A stretch of DNA of 64,000 bases from Desulfomonilia bacterium. Lineage in GTDB: Bacteria; Desulfobacterota; Desulfomonilia; UBA1062. Below the pieces are notes generated by a model. It was not told the DNA's origin, made no database searches, and saw only the letters and a program-made list of their open reading frames with translations. Position 1 is the stretch's first letter; each line of letters opens with the position of its first letter. Positions 20,545-31,286 of the stretch are shown here, in pieces. The stretch is taken from NCBI GenBank assembly GCA_963664325.2, contig CAXXDQ010000002.1:192001-256000 (forward strand). The letters run 5' to 3'. The position numbers and the translations under genes are program-made.

Positions 20545-21252
20545 ATGGAAATTTTATCGCTTAATCAGATAAGCCCGGACCAGGTTATCCTGTGGCACTG
20601 GTGGTTTATCACGATTAATGCAACGCTCGCTTTTACATGGATGGTAATGGCCATCCTGGTTTTGACCTCGTGGCTTGTTACAAGAAATATTACATCGAGT
20701 GAAAATATATCAAGATGGCAGGGTCTGCTTGAAGCGGTAGTCATGGGCATCCGTGAGCAAATCAGGGAAACCTCGCAAGGCGACCCCGATGAATACACAG
20801 CTTTTATTGGCACGCTCTTTTTATTTATCGGCCTGTCAAACTTTCTGATGTTTGTGCCCGGGTATGTAGCACCGACTTCTTCTCTGACAACCACCTGCGC
20901 ACTCGCGATATGTGTTTTCATTGCAGTGCCTTTTTATGGAATCAAGAATCAGGGGATTGTGCATTATCTGAAGGAATACTTCCAGCCCACAATAATATTT
21001 TTCCCGTTTCATGTAATGGGCGAAATAACGAGAACGCTGGCTCTTATGATACGTCTCTTTGGAAACATGATGAGCCACGACAAGGTAATAGGGATACTGC
21101 TGGCGGTCACGCCGTTTCTGTTCCCTGTCGTAATGCAGTGTTTAGGCCTTCTGATAGGTATGGTTCAGGCCTACATCTTTGCGATACTGGCCATGGTTTA
21201 CATAGCATCGGCTTCCCAGGCTCAGGAGGAAAAGCATCAGGCGGTAGCTTGA
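20545..21252 (+). CDS. atpB: N-ATPase subunit a
   Basis: RLFGNM essential Arg motif, QAYIF. Confidence 0.95.
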   Translation: MEILSLNQISPDQVILWHWWFITINATLAFTWMVMAILVLTSWLVTRNITSSENISRWQGLLEAVVMGIREQIRETSQGDPDEYTAFIGTLFLFIGLSNFLMFVPGYVAPTSSLTTTCALAICVFIAVPFYGIKNQGIVHYLKEYFQPTIIFFPFHVMGEITRTLALMIRLFGNMMSHDKVIGILLAVTPFLFPVVMQCLGLLIGMVQAYIFAILAMVYIASASQAQEEKHQAVA

Positions 21253-21287
21253 AAAGGTGTAGAGACAAATAATTAAGGAGACAGGTT

Positions 21288-21563
21288 ATGGACAGTGTAA
21301 CATGGATCGCCGTAGCTTCCATCATCTCAGCCGGACTTGCCATGGGAATCGGTTCTATCGGGCCTGCACTCGGTGAAGGAACGGCAGTCAGCCAGGCCTT
21401 AAGCGCCATCGCCCAGCAGCCCGACGAGAAGAATTCGATTACGAGGACCCTTTTCGTCAGCCTTGCCATGATCGAGTCGATTGCAATTTACTGTTTCGTC
21501 ATCTCGATGATCCTGATATTCGCGAATCCATTCTGGGATCATGCCACAAAGGCAGTGAAATAG
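21288..21563 (+). CDS. atpE: N-ATPase subunit c
   Basis: GPALGEG, AQQPD, MIESIAIY, ANPFW. Confidence 0.95.
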   Translation: MDSVTWIAVASIISAGLAMGIGSIGPALGEGTAVSQALSAIAQQPDEKNSITRTLFVSLAMIESIAIYCFVISMILIFANPFWDHATKAVK

Positions 21564-21569
21564 ACGAAA

Positions 21570-22352
21570 ATGCATATCGACTGGTTTGTCCTTCTCGCAC
21601 AGATAGTTAACTTCATGATCCTCGTCTGGCTGCTCAAGTTCTTTCTCTATGGAAGAATAGTAAAGGCCATAGACGAACGTCAGGCAAGACTCGCCGCAGC
21701 AAAAGAAGAAGCCGACCGAATGAAGGAAGAGGCCGATGCTGCATCAAAGGAATATGAGAACAGGAACAGGTCTCTTGAAGAAAGGATGTCGGCCATGCTT
21801 GATGATGCCAGGGTAAAGGCTGATGAAGAGAGAGCCGAACTTACCGAACGGGCAAGGAACGAAGTGGATGAACTGAAGAATGCCTGGAAGGATACTCTTT
21901 CAAGCGAAAAAACGGCTTTCCTGAATGACCTCAAATCAAGAGCGGGCTCACATGTCCAGGAATCCGTGAGGAAGATATTGCACGACCTTGCCGATGTCAG
22001 CCTTGAGGAACGCATTGTCCTTTCGTTTATGGATAGGTTAAAGGATACCGATACCGAAACGCTTGAGATGCTGAAGCAGGCTGATCAGGAAACAGGTGTA
22101 ACCGTCAGGACATCTTTCGAGGTCGAAGAAGAACTTGAGAAAAAGCTTGTCAGATATTTAAGGTCATTCGTTGCGGAAGGCGTACCGCTGGTACATGAAG
22201 TCATATCCGATGAGATTGCGGGCATTGAGCTTGTATCAATGGGAAAAAAGATTTCATGGAGCATCGGGGAATATCTCGATGATCTGAAACAGAGGTTTAG
22301 TGAGGCGCTGAAAGAAGATATACCTGATGCGCCTCAGACTGTGACTTCCTGA
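21570..22352 (+). CDS. atpF: N-ATPase subunit b (long, b-delta-like)
   Basis: IDWF..AQIVNF.ILVWLL, coiled coil, C-terminal GIEL...ISW. Confidence 0.9.
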   Translation: MHIDWFVLLAQIVNFMILVWLLKFFLYGRIVKAIDERQARLAAAKEEADRMKEEADAASKEYENRNRSLEERMSAMLDDARVKADEERAELTERARNEVDELKNAWKDTLSSEKTAFLNDLKSRAGSHVQESVRKILHDLADVSLEERIVLSFMDRLKDTDTETLEMLKQADQETGVTVRTSFEVEEELEKKLVRYLRSFVAEGVPLVHEVISDEIAGIELVSMGKKISWSIGEYLDDLKQRFSEALKEDIPDAPQTVTS

Positions 22353-22371
22353 AAAGGCAAGGAGAAAAGAA

Positions 22372-23922
22372 ATGGGAGCGGATACGGGGGCTCTAAATAA
22401 TGTCCTTAAAGATACATTTACAAGGCTTAAAAGCTCGCTTGACGGCTACCGGCCCGAGATAGCTGCAGAGGAAGTGGGAACCGTCACCTTTGTCGGTTCC
22501 GGAATTGTCCTTGTGAAAGGTCTTTCCGGGGTCAGATCCGAAGAGATTGTCCGTTTTCCGGGTGATCTTTATGGCCTCGTGTTCAATGTGGATGCAAACG
22601 ATTCAGGGATAATAATGCTTGACTCGACAGAAACATTGAGAGCAGGCGATGAGGTAAAACGCACGGGCCGGGTCCTTGATATTCCTGTAGGTGAAGCCTT
22701 TCTGGGCCGGGTGGTTGATGCAATCGGAAGGCCTCTGGATGGATTGGGCGAGGTCCATGGCAGCGAAAGGATGCCCGTTGAAAGGCTTGCGCCGCCCATC
22801 ATGCACCGCGATCCCGTGACCGTTCCTCTTCAGACCGGGTTAAAGGCTATAGATGCGCTCATCCCGATCGGCAGGGGGCAGCGCGAGCTGATTCTCGGCG
22901 ACAGGCAGACAGGCAAGACCGCTATCGCTCTGGATACCGCAATCAACCAGAAAAACACCGGCGTAATCTGCATCTATTGCGCAGTCGGAAAGCAGGGGGC
23001 TGATGTAGCAAGGACGGTTGCCGTACTGAAGGAATACGGCGCCATTTCGTATTCCATTGTAGTGGTGGCGTCAGGGGAAGATGCGGCTGGCCTGCAGTAT
23101 GTCGCTCCATATGCGGCCACGTCCATGGCGGAATACTTCATGTCGAAAGGGAAAGACGTGCTTATCATCTATGACGACCTTACGAGCCATGCCAGGGCAT
23201 ACCGGGAGCTTTCACTGCTGCTCAGGCGTCCGCCGGGCCGCGAGGCGTATCCTGGTGATATATTTTATATACATTCGAGGCTTCTGGAGAGGTCGACGCA
23301 CCTGAGAAAAGAATATGGCGGCGGATCGTTGACGGCATTGCCGATAATTGAAACCGAGGCGGGCGATATTTCATCATACATCCCGACAAATCTTATTTCC
23401 ATTACGGACGGCCAGCTGTACCTTTCCACCGGCCTTTACCAGAAGGGCGTATTGCCGGCTATTGACGTCGGGAAGAGCGTGTCGCGTGTCGGCGGCAAGG
23501 CCCAGCTCCCGGCTTACAGGGCCGTCGCAGGGGACCTTCGCATATCATATTCCCAGTTCGAGGAACTCGAGAGCTTTTCCCGCTTTGGGACAAGGCTCGA
23601 TGAGGCGACAAAAAAGACGCTTGAACGGGGCTGGCGTGTACGCGAAGTCCTGAAACAGCCGCAGTTCAAGCCCATACCGGTTGCAGAACAGATTGCTGCG
23701 ATGCTTGCAGTCACAAACGGGGCATTTGACAATATTTCCACGGCAAATGTAGGTGAAGCCGAAAATGCTCTGAGAAAACATGTGAAAGAGAATCAAAGCG
23801 GCATATGTTCTCAGATCGAAAGCGGAAACAAGCTTACCGATGAAAACAGGAAGGCGCTTCTTGATGAGGCTGTAAAAGCCGCCGCTCAATATACGGAAAT
23901 GACTGAAGATGGAAACGGTTGA
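22372..23922 (+). CDS. atpA: N-ATPase alpha subunit
   Basis: [31 protein letters not shown]. Confidence 0.97.
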   Translation: MGADTGALNNVLKDTFTRLKSSLDGYRPEIAAEEVGTVTFVGSGIVLVKGLSGVRSEEIVRFPGDLYGLVFNVDANDSGIIMLDSTETLRAGDEVKRTGRVLDIPVGEAFLGRVVDAIGRPLDGLGEVHGSERMPVERLAPPIMHRDPVTVPLQTGLKAIDALIPIGRGQRELILGDRQTGKTAIALDTAINQKNTGVICIYCAVGKQGADVARTVAVLKEYGAISYSIVVVASGEDAAGLQYVAPYAATSMAEYFMSKGKDVLIIYDDLTSHARAYRELSLLLRRPPGREAYPGDIFYIHSRLLERSTHLRKEYGGGSLTALPIIETEAGDISSYIPTNLISITDGQLYLSTGLYQKGVLPAIDVGKSVSRVGGKAQLPAYRAVAGDLRISYSQFEELESFSRFGTRLDEATKKTLERGWRVREVLKQPQFKPIPVAEQIAAMLAVTNGAFDNISTANVGEAENALRKHVKENQSGICSQIESGNKLTDENRKALLDEAVKAAAQYTEMTEDGNG

Positions 23923-24787
23923 AACGCTGAAGAAAAAGATCAAGAGCACGAACGACCTTCTGGGCGTCGTGAAGACCATGAAGGCTCTGGCGGCAGTCAG
24001 CATAAGACAGTACCAGCGTTCGGTCGAGTCCCTGGAAGACTATACGAATACTGTTGAAATGGGACTTGAGATCGTTCTGAAAGGGCAGGCTGAGCCTGCG
24101 GGAAAGGCAAAAAAGCCCAAAAACATAGGCGCAGTTGTTTTCGGCTCGGACCAGGGACTTTGCGGACAGCTGAATACCCTGATTGCTTCTTATACGGCGC
24201 TTGAACTCCAGATGACGCAGGTGGATTTTGACGAGGTGGTATTGATTACAATCGGTGAAAGGGCAAGGGATTACCTCGAACTTGCCGACCTGGATGTAAT
24301 AGAGAGTATTACTACACCAAGTTCGATATCAGGGATAACCCCAGCAGTTCAGGAACTGGTGATGATACTGTACGACTGGCACTTTAATCAGAAGGTCGAG
24401 CAGATTTATCTATTTTTCAACAAGTACATATCAGGTTCCAATTACATGCAGGAAGGTATGAGGATACTGCCGATTGACCGGGAATGGCTTAATACCTTAA
24501 AACGACGCAAATGGGATTCAAGGACGTTGCCGTTCTTTTCAATGAAAAAGGAAACATTGTTTCATCATCTGGTGAGGGAGTATCTTTTTGTGAGCCTGTA
24601 CAGGGCTTTTGCAGAATCGCTTGCAAGTGAAAACGCCTCCCGCCTCGCTGCAATGCAGAGTGCCGAAAAAAATATCGAAGAAAGGCTTAACGAACTTAAT
24701 CTTAGTTATTTCAGGCAGCGCCAGTCCAAGATTACAGAGGAGCTTATCGATATCGTTTCGGGATACGAGGTGCTGAAAAATTCCTGA
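23909..24787 (+). CDS. atpG: N-ATPase gamma subunit
   Basis: [34 protein letters not shown]. Confidence 0.95.
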   Translation: METVETLKKKIKSTNDLLGVVKTMKALAAVSIRQYQRSVESLEDYTNTVEMGLEIVLKGQAEPAGKAKKPKNIGAVVFGSDQGLCGQLNTLIASYTALELQMTQVDFDEVVLITIGERARDYLELADLDVIESITTPSSISGITPAVQELVMILYDWHFNQKVEQIYLFFNKYISGSNYMQEGMRILPIDREWLNTLKRRKWDSRTLPFFSMKKETLFHHLVREYLFVSLYRAFAESLASENASRLAAMQSAEKNIEERLNELNLSYFRQRQSKITEELIDIVSGYEVLKNS

Positions 24788-24797
24788 AGGACCAGAC

Positions 24798-25175
24798 TCA
24801 GATACCCGGTATCTTTGTCCTGAAAAGAAAGAATACGGCACCCATAAGACACAGGCCTGCCCAAAGGTAATCGATTGAAGGCTTTTCCTTGAGGTATAGC
24901 ACAGAAAACGGCACGAAAACTGTAAGAGTAATCACCTCCTGCAATATCTTGAGCTGTCCCACATTCATGACATGGTGTCCAATCCTGTTTGCCGGTACCT
25001 GTATCATATATTCAAACAATGCAATGCCCCAGCTTACCAGCGCGGCTATGATCCAGGGTTTGTGAGAGAGGTTCTTAAGATGGCCATACCATGCAAAAGT
25101 CATAAAAATATTGCTGAAACCCAGGAGTATTATTGTCGATATATAAGTTTTCATATATTCATTTATTCCTTTCAT
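24798..25175 (-). CDS. DMT family membrane protein (DUF486-like)
   Basis: SNIFMTFAWYGHLK, SWGIA.FEY..QVPANRIG, QLKILQEVITL. Confidence 0.85.
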   Translation of the reverse strand: MKGINEYMKTYISTIILLGFSNIFMTFAWYGHLKNLSHKPWIIAALVSWGIALFEYMIQVPANRIGHHVMNVGQLKILQEVITLTVFVPFSVLYLKEKPSIDYLWAGLCLMGAVFFLFRTKIPGI

Positions 25176-25337
25176 GTTGCTGTTCTTTAATCAAAAAAAG
25201 GTATTTTTTTTATCAGACCGGTCGGGTATGTCAATAAAAAATCAGTTCAGTCTTGCAAGAATGCCCCTTATTGCTGTAAACTATTAAAAAAGAGTATATA
25301 AACTATCAAAGCATTTTTAAAATTGAGGAGGAACCTG

Positions 25338-26423
25338 ATGAAAAGATACTTGATAGCATGTGCAATGTTTATGGTTTTAATAACTTCCCCCTGTTATGCA
25401 GGAGTTACAGCCGGTGGTATTTCTGCTGGGTTTGAGGACGGATGGTATTGCTTTGACCCGCAGGAACACCTCACCAATACAACTCAGGCAGGTATTTGGG
25501 TAGGTTATGATGCAACCAAGAAAATCGGGATTGAAGGCAAAGTCGCATACAGCGGTACATTAAACAACGCAGAGACACAAAAGGTCAGGAACTGGACATA
25601 CCGTGTTGATGGTTTGTACTACTTTTTGCCTGACGCGACATTTGTGCCTTATGCTGCAGTCGGAGTGGGCGCCAGGTCAACCAGATTCTTCAACGATACT
25701 ATGGATGTGGATGCGTATGTCGGGGGCGACCGCAATTATCTGGCAGTGGATTTGGGCCTTGGCGTGAAATATTTCATAACGGATTATCTGGTGGCAAGGC
25801 TTGATGTCAGAGATGTTATGCTTCCAAACACTGATAAAGACAAGTTTCTTAACAACATTGAAGCCACCCTTGGGATAGGTTTCTATATAAGCAAAAAACC
25901 GAAAGCAGCGGCTCCTGCTCCTGTCGCAGCGGCTGCACCTCCTGCACCTGCTCCTGAACCTGCTCCCGTTGTAACTCCGCCGCCTGCGCCCGAACCAATA
26001 CCGGCTCCTGTTGCGCCTCCTCAGGTTACTACTGTTATTGAAAAAGAGATTATTGAGAAAGGTAAAGTAACGCTTGATATCAAATTCAGAACAGGCAAGG
26101 CGGACATTGATGAAATGTATACGAAAGACCTAAAGAACTTTGCAGATGTCATGAAAAAACAGCCTAACCTGAAAATATATATTGAAGGACATACAGACAA
26201 TATCGGACCTGCGGCAATGAACAAGAAACTTTCCCAGGCTCGTGCTGATAATGTGAAAAAATACCTAGTAGATAAATTTGGAATCAATGGTTCAAGAATG
26301 ACTGCAATAGGTTATGGTGAGGATAAGCCGATTGCGGACAACAAGACAGCCGAGGGCAGATTGAAAAACCGCCGAGTCGATGCTGTTGTAGAGTATGAAG
26401 ATATTCAAAAGGTAAAAAAATAG
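25338..26423 (+). CDS. OmpA/OprF-like outer membrane protein (beta-barrel, Pro/Ala linker, PG-binding domain)
   Basis: GAGGAGG RBS, signal peptide, IEGHTD..G....N.KLS..RA, NRRV. Confidence 0.9.
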   Translation: MKRYLIACAMFMVLITSPCYAGVTAGGISAGFEDGWYCFDPQEHLTNTTQAGIWVGYDATKKIGIEGKVAYSGTLNNAETQKVRNWTYRVDGLYYFLPDATFVPYAAVGVGARSTRFFNDTMDVDAYVGGDRNYLAVDLGLGVKYFITDYLVARLDVRDVMLPNTDKDKFLNNIEATLGIGFYISKKPKAAAPAPVAAAAPPAPAPEPAPVVTPPPAPEPIPAPVAPPQVTTVIEKEIIEKGKVTLDIKFRTGKADIDEMYTKDLKNFADVMKKQPNLKIYIEGHTDNIGPAAMNKKLSQARADNVKKYLVDKFGINGSRMTAIGYGEDKPIADNKTAEGRLKNRRVDAVVEYEDIQKVKK

Positions 26424-26450
26424 TTTCCTTATTGATCAAATATATTTTTG

Positions 26451-26482
26451 ACGCCTCCCGGGTAATATCGGGAGGCGTTTTT
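26451..26482 (+). terminator. Intrinsic terminator after ompA-like gene
   Basis: ACGCCTCCCG-N8-CGGGAGGCGT followed by TTTT. Confidence 0.8.
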
Positions 26483-26525
26483 GAATAATTCATATCAGAT
26501 TGACCGGGTCAGGGAGATTCCAACA

Positions 26526-27341
26526 ATGAGAAAGCTATTTGTTGTTTCTTTGTATATTCTATTCCTGATTATTTCCGGATGTTCGGGTAATGGCGGCAGT
26601 TCCTCCCCATCTTCATCGGGACAATCAAACCAAGGACTTGTAACAGACATCCCCGCACTGTATTCAACCGTATCGCAAATAGACGTAGAAGTCTTTTATG
26701 AGCCTGGCGCGGTGCCTTATGAAGGAACTACCCAGAATGGTTTCTCATACTGGAGCATACTTGAGGCAAATATCTCAGTTTTGTTTGAATCAAGGTCACT
26801 GATACCAGATGTATATGTTCCGAGAAGTGTTGACGAAATGACTGTTCTCTCAGAACAGAACAAGTCATCCTGGACCCCTCAGGATATATTGAACCTGGCC
26901 GAATCTGTCGTTGATGATTATACATCTTCACCCAGTACCGAATTTTACATTTTTTTTGTCAAAGGATATTTAAACGAGGAAGGTAAAAATGAGACTACTG
27001 TAATCGGCGCATCCCTGACAGGTACTCCAATAATTGTAGTATTTAAAGATGTTGTCATATCAACAGGCGCTTCTCAGGCACTGTTGAAATATGTTGAACA
27101 GACCACACTTGTTCATGAATTCGGACATGCGATGGGGCTTGTAAACAACGGGGTTCCTCTTTCCAGCAGTCATCAGGATACAGCTCACGGCCATCATTGT
27201 ACAAATAATGATTGCGTGATGTACTGGCTTAACGAGGGGCTTGCCGACCTTATCGCATTTGTGCAAAATTATATGGCCACCGGTGATCCTGTAATGTTCG
27301 GTTCTGAATGTCTTAATGACGCAAAGAGTTATAAGCCCTAG
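26526..27341 (+). CDS. Lipoprotein zinc metalloprotease (metzincin-like)
   Basis: Lipobox ISGC, Ser-rich linker, HEFGHAMGL ... HHC...CVMY. Confidence 0.7.
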   Translation: MRKLFVVSLYILFLIISGCSGNGGSSSPSSSGQSNQGLVTDIPALYSTVSQIDVEVFYEPGAVPYEGTTQNGFSYWSILEANISVLFESRSLIPDVYVPRSVDEMTVLSEQNKSSWTPQDILNLAESVVDDYTSSPSTEFYIFFVKGYLNEEGKNETTVIGASLTGTPIIVVFKDVVISTGASQALLKYVEQTTLVHEFGHAMGLVNNGVPLSSSHQDTAHGHHCTNNDCVMYWLNEGLADLIAFVQNYMATGDPVMFGSECLNDAKSYKP

Positions 27342-27398
27342 ATAAGCAGAAGGGACTGAACAGCTGAGTTAGATGAGGACGACAGGCCGCCCTTTCCG

Positions 27399-28262
27399 CT
27401 ATGTGGGGCCTTTCTTGAGAGTTCTGCATGAATCCTGATGCTGAAGGTGGCAGAGAAAAAAAGCCATGGTCTCAGATATCCTTCCAATCCACCAGATTGC
27501 CTTCCACCATGAAGGCACAATTATTATCGCTTTGTTACAGGCCACACTATCAACTGTTTTTTTAGCAAATACATATGGATCCATTGGCCTGAAGTGTTTT
27601 TCAGCTTTTGCCTTGACGTCTTCCGGTAGCTTGATAAGCATTTTTCCGAACCTTCCGCCTTCAATTATTGGGGTTCTTATGACGCCTGGGCATATAACGC
27701 TGACTTTAACGCCATGTGGACGGGCTTCAATGCGAAGGGTTTTTGAAAGTCCCAGCACGGCATATTTGGATGCTACATAACTCAATAGATACGGGACAAT
27801 AATCAAACCTGCCATTGACGAAGTATTAACGATATGTCCGAAACCTTGCTTGATCATAATGGGATATGCCGCTTCGATGCCATGCACAACGCCGTGAAGG
27901 TTTACATTAAGCACATTCTCCCAGTCCTCATGTGAATATTGAATTGCCTCGCCGAATATTGCGATTCCGGCATTGTTGAAAATGTAGTCTAACCTGCCCC
28001 TTTTTAAATATACCTCGTTGACCAGCTTTTTCACTGCTTCATGATCTGTTACATCAAGAAAGACGCTTTCCGCTTTACCGCCTTTTAATTTGATGGAATT
28101 TGCTGCATCATCGGCAAGTTCTATCTGCAGATCGGCAAGGAATAAATCGGCCCCCCTGTTTGCAAGTTCTTCTCCGAGCGCACGTCCAATACCTGATGCA
28201 CCCCCGGTAATTATTATTACCGCATCCTTGAATGTTCTGAGTCCTGTTTTCTCCATACCCAA
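27399..28262 (-). CDS. Short-chain dehydrogenase/reductase
   Basis: TGGASGIG, NNAG, YVASK. Confidence 0.9.
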   Translation of the reverse strand: MGMEKTGLRTFKDAVIIITGGASGIGRALGEELANRGADLFLADLQIELADDAANSIKLKGGKAESVFLDVTDHEAVKKLVNEVYLKRGRLDYIFNNAGIAIFGEAIQYSHEDWENVLNVNLHGVVHGIEAAYPIMIKQGFGHIVNTSSMAGLIIVPYLLSYVASKYAVLGLSKTLRIEARPHGVKVSVICPGVIRTPIIEGGRFGKMLIKLPEDVKAKAEKHFRPMDPYVFAKKTVDSVACNKAIIIVPSWWKAIWWIGRISETMAFFLCHLQHQDSCRTLKKGPT

Positions 28263-28272
28263 TGCCTCCTTG

Positions 28273-28926
28273 TCAATTTATCACAGCTATTGCCCTGACA
28301 GGCGAACCGTCTGAATTTATCAGCTTAAGAGGGAAGCAGCAGAATATAAAACTTCTCTCTGCCAATTCAGATAAATTTGAAAGATTCTCGATGATGACAA
28401 TATTCCTGCTCAGAAATATCTTATGAATTTCCATATCTGTTGTTTCAGGCTGGTCAATCGAAATCATGTCAATACCGACACCTTTTAACTTGAATCCCGC
28501 AAGCCATACTGCAGCATCTCTTGTGAGGACAGGATATCCTTTGAAATATTCATTCTCACCCCAGTATTTTCCCCAGCCGGTATGCAGAAGCACGTAGTCC
28601 TTTATTTTCAGAATGTCTTTGTATGGCATCAGTTCGCTTAATTCAATACTTCGATTTTTTATGACATTCCGGGACAGATCAATTACAACCCCGCTTCCGA
28701 TAAAATGGTTGACACCCAAATCCTCAAGGCTTGGTGCATCTGTCAGTATATGTAACGGGGCATCCATATGGGTTCCTGTATGCGAATAAAGGGTGATCTT
28801 CTTTTCCGCAAAGCCACACTGTTCAATGGTGCAGGGATTTGTTATTACGGGCTGCTCGGTTCCGGGGTAAACAGGCATGTCTTCTGAAATTGTGCGGCTG
28901 AGGTCAACAACATGGCCAATGATCAT
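28273..28926 (-). CDS. Cyclase family (kynurenine formamidase-like) metallohydrolase
   Basis: HTGTHMDAP.H, GIDMISID, IENL, DGSPVRA. Confidence 0.88.
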   Translation of the reverse strand: MIIGHVVDLSRTISEDMPVYPGTEQPVITNPCTIEQCGFAEKKITLYSHTGTHMDAPLHILTDAPSLEDLGVNHFIGSGVVIDLSRNVIKNRSIELSELMPYKDILKIKDYVLLHTGWGKYWGENEYFKGYPVLTRDAAVWLAGFKLKGVGIDMISIDQPETTDMEIHKIFLSRNIVIIENLSNLSELAERSFIFCCFPLKLINSDGSPVRAIAVIN

Positions 28927-28981
28927 ATTTTCTCCCATCAATTTAATGAATCAGGTGATGAATGAAAGACAATCAGCATTA

Positions 28982-29884
28982 TTACCAGCGGTTCCAGTTG
29001 TGATCCAGCTTTCCAATACCGTTTATGTTGACGGTCTTGCCCCTGATCACGGCTTCGCCTTTAACCTCGAGCAGCTGCTCGTAGTAGTCAATATGGATAT
29101 ACTCTATCAGAGGTGGAATTCCCATGCGGGTATGATGTCCTGCAATCGGGGTTATGATTAAATCAAGATCAGGTGATTTGACTGTCCAGGGTTTTTCGGG
29201 CCGGGCCGGGTCAAATCCGAAATGAGCCGGAGAATATAGATAATTCATTTCTCTATCTTGCCAGAGGCATGTGTAATGATGAGGAACCCCTGCATCATAA
29301 TAGCAACTCAGAACGACTCCTGCGACATCCTTACCCCAGAAATGCAGCCAGTGAGCGGTTGAATGCCGGGGCTGTACACCCCAGTTGTGTTCATGGTAGC
29401 CGACGCCGATTAATTTGTATTCCGAACCCTCGATCTTTATTGTCCCTGTGGCTTCATTATTTATAAACTGGTTAATCGTGTAGTCGATATGCCGGGTAAG
29501 CAGACGGTTGGCATGAAGCGGAGCAATGGGTATATGGAAGCACTGGGCCTTTATTTTGTCGGTTGATACGTCGATGATCCAGCCCTGTTCGGCGCTTCCG
29601 GAGAATCTCATGTATCCCCATTTCCCGCTTGCGGATAATTTTACCCTGCTGCCGGGCTCTGCAGTAAAAGAGCCCATGTGGTCTTCAGTGAAGCGCCTGT
29701 TATTTTTATAATCGATTATCTTTATGGAGACATAACTTGAAGGAAGGGCCTTAAGAGCAAGGAAGACATAATAGAGCTTCTGTTCGGTATCGATACCTTC
29801 AAAATACCACCACTGCTTTTTTCTGACCAGTCCGGTTATGCCGAACCTCGAACCGTCTATTTCGATGCGCCCTTCATTCTGCAT
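28982..29884 (-). CDS. Tocopherol cyclase/AttH-like double beta-barrel hypothetical protein
   Basis: WWYFEG near N-terminus, G.GYHEHNWG, W.H, C-terminal G.G..DH. Confidence 0.45.
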   Translation of the reverse strand: MQNEGRIEIDGSRFGITGLVRKKQWWYFEGIDTEQKLYYVFLALKALPSSYVSIKIIDYKNNRRFTEDHMGSFTAEPGSRVKLSASGKWGYMRFSGSAEQGWIIDVSTDKIKAQCFHIPIAPLHANRLLTRHIDYTINQFINNEATGTIKIEGSEYKLIGVGYHEHNWGVQPRHSTAHWLHFWGKDVAGVVLSCYYDAGVPHHYTCLWQDREMNYLYSPAHFGFDPARPEKPWTVKSPDLDLIITPIAGHHTRMGIPPLIEYIHIDYYEQLLEVKGEAVIRGKTVNINGIGKLDHNWNRW

Positions 29885-29893
29885 AAATGCTCC

Positions 29894-30553
29894 TTAAAGT
29901 TTTTCCTTTATGAACGCCACCGCTCCCAGCATGGAATCAAACATGAAATCGGGGCTTGCTTCCGCCAGCTCGTCGCGCGCACCGTAACCGTAGGTTACTG
30001 CCGCCGTTATTATTCCGTTTGCCTTTCCCCCGATTATATCATGTTTCCTATCGCCGATTATCATCGTATTTTGAGCATTGAGGTTTTCCTTTGTAATTAT
30101 GTGTTCTATAAGATGTGCCTTTTCCGTAAGCTTGCCGTCCAGCATACTGCCGTAGGCGGCATCGAAAAATTTCATGATGTCCATGAATTCGAGAATTCTC
30201 AGTGCATAGACTTCGGGTTTTGAAGTCGCGAGCACTATTTTCCGACCGGTGTTTCTTATGGTTTCGAGCGCTTCAGGTATTTCGGGGTAGAGTATGTTTT
30301 CATACATCCCGACATCTCCGAACCTTTCTCTGTAGTGTGCGAGCGCCCTGGAAAGCAGCTGTTCATCCGATGTATTAAGAAGTTTTGAGAACGAGGTTTT
30401 GAGAGGAGGTCCGATAACCCATATCAAGCTGTCTGTGTCAGGGACGCCTGTTCCCATTTTATCGAGGGCATATTGAACGCACCGCGTGATGCCTTCTTTC
30501 GGGTCTGTGAGGGTTCCGTCTAGATCGAACAGGATTGTCTCAATGTCTTTCAT
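29894..30553 (-). CDS. HAD phosphatase (5'-nucleotidase/phosphoglycolate phosphatase-like)
   Basis: FDLDGTLTD, ATSK, IGDRKHD; start at ATG 30553 is a judgement call. Confidence 0.88.
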   Translation of the reverse strand: MKDIETILFDLDGTLTDPKEGITRCVQYALDKMGTGVPDTDSLIWVIGPPLKTSFSKLLNTSDEQLLSRALAHYRERFGDVGMYENILYPEIPEALETIRNTGRKIVLATSKPEVYALRILEFMDIMKFFDAAYGSMLDGKLTEKAHLIEHIITKENLNAQNTMIIGDRKHDIIGGKANGIITAAVTYGYGARDELAEASPDFMFDSMLGAVAFIKEKL

Positions 30554-30614
30554 GGGTAAAACTGCCTTCAACAAGCCGAAGAAAAAAAGAAAGTCTATTC
30601 AATAAATTAAAAAC

Positions 30615-30690
30615 TGGTGCCGAGGGAGGGAGTTGAACCCCCGACACGGGGATTTTCAGTCCCCTGCTCTACCAACTGAGCTACCTCGGC
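30615..30690 (-). tRNA. tRNA-Phe(GAA)
   Basis: GCCGAGGTAGCTCAGTTGGTAGAGCAGGGGACT-GAA-AATCCCC...GGTTCAACTCCC...CTCGGCACCA, 76 nt. Confidence 0.97.
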
Positions 30691-30700
30691 ACACCGGAGT

Positions 30701-30729
30701 TGTCTATTGAATTTGTGGAATGTTGTCAA
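30701..30729 (-). promoter_or_regulatory. Sigma70 promoter of tRNA-Phe
   Basis: TTGACA-N17-TAGACA ending 10 nt upstream of the tRNA. Confidence 0.6.
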
Positions 30730-31010
30730 GAAATTTTATCTTCTCCGAAATCAAAGCTGGTACCCTTGTTTCCACTTTGTTTCAATAGATCTTCCGTCGA
30801 GGTCGGACCTGTTTGTTTTTGCGTATTTCCGAGGATATCTTTAGACATGTCGCCAACCCTATTAATCAAGAAGCCTTCGTCACCCGTATTCAGTTCCGGT
30901 TGCTTTGTATAGATGTTTAATTTTATTTTTGCCTGAACCATGTCTTCTCCGCAACTTTTACATCTGTCCAGATAATCGAAGCTCGTATAGCCGCACCTTG
31001 TACACTTCAT
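30726..31010 (-). CDS. Small zinc-ribbon hypothetical protein
   Basis: MKCTRCGYTSFDYLDRCKSCG; GGAGG RBS. Confidence 0.75.
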   Translation of the reverse strand: MKCTRCGYTSFDYLDRCKSCGEDMVQAKIKLNIYTKQPELNTGDEGFLINRVGDMSKDILGNTQKQTGPTSTEDLLKQSGNKGTSFDFGEDKIS

Positions 31011-31286
31011 ATTGCTGACCTCCTTAAGTATTATTTTTTTTATCGGTCAAAGAGATAAAATTCATTAATACGATATTTTATCATTCGCAATCGTAACCTT
31101 TTTATAAAATGTATCATTATGCTTGTGTGGAAAACGTTGGGATATATATGAAATTATTTGCCACTCAATGTATTTTGTTTTAAATAAACTTAGAGATATC
31201 GATAAGTTATTTAAGTACATAAAGGCATATTAATTGCATAATATTTTTAATTACTTTTATATGTTTATTAAATATTTGGAGGAAAT

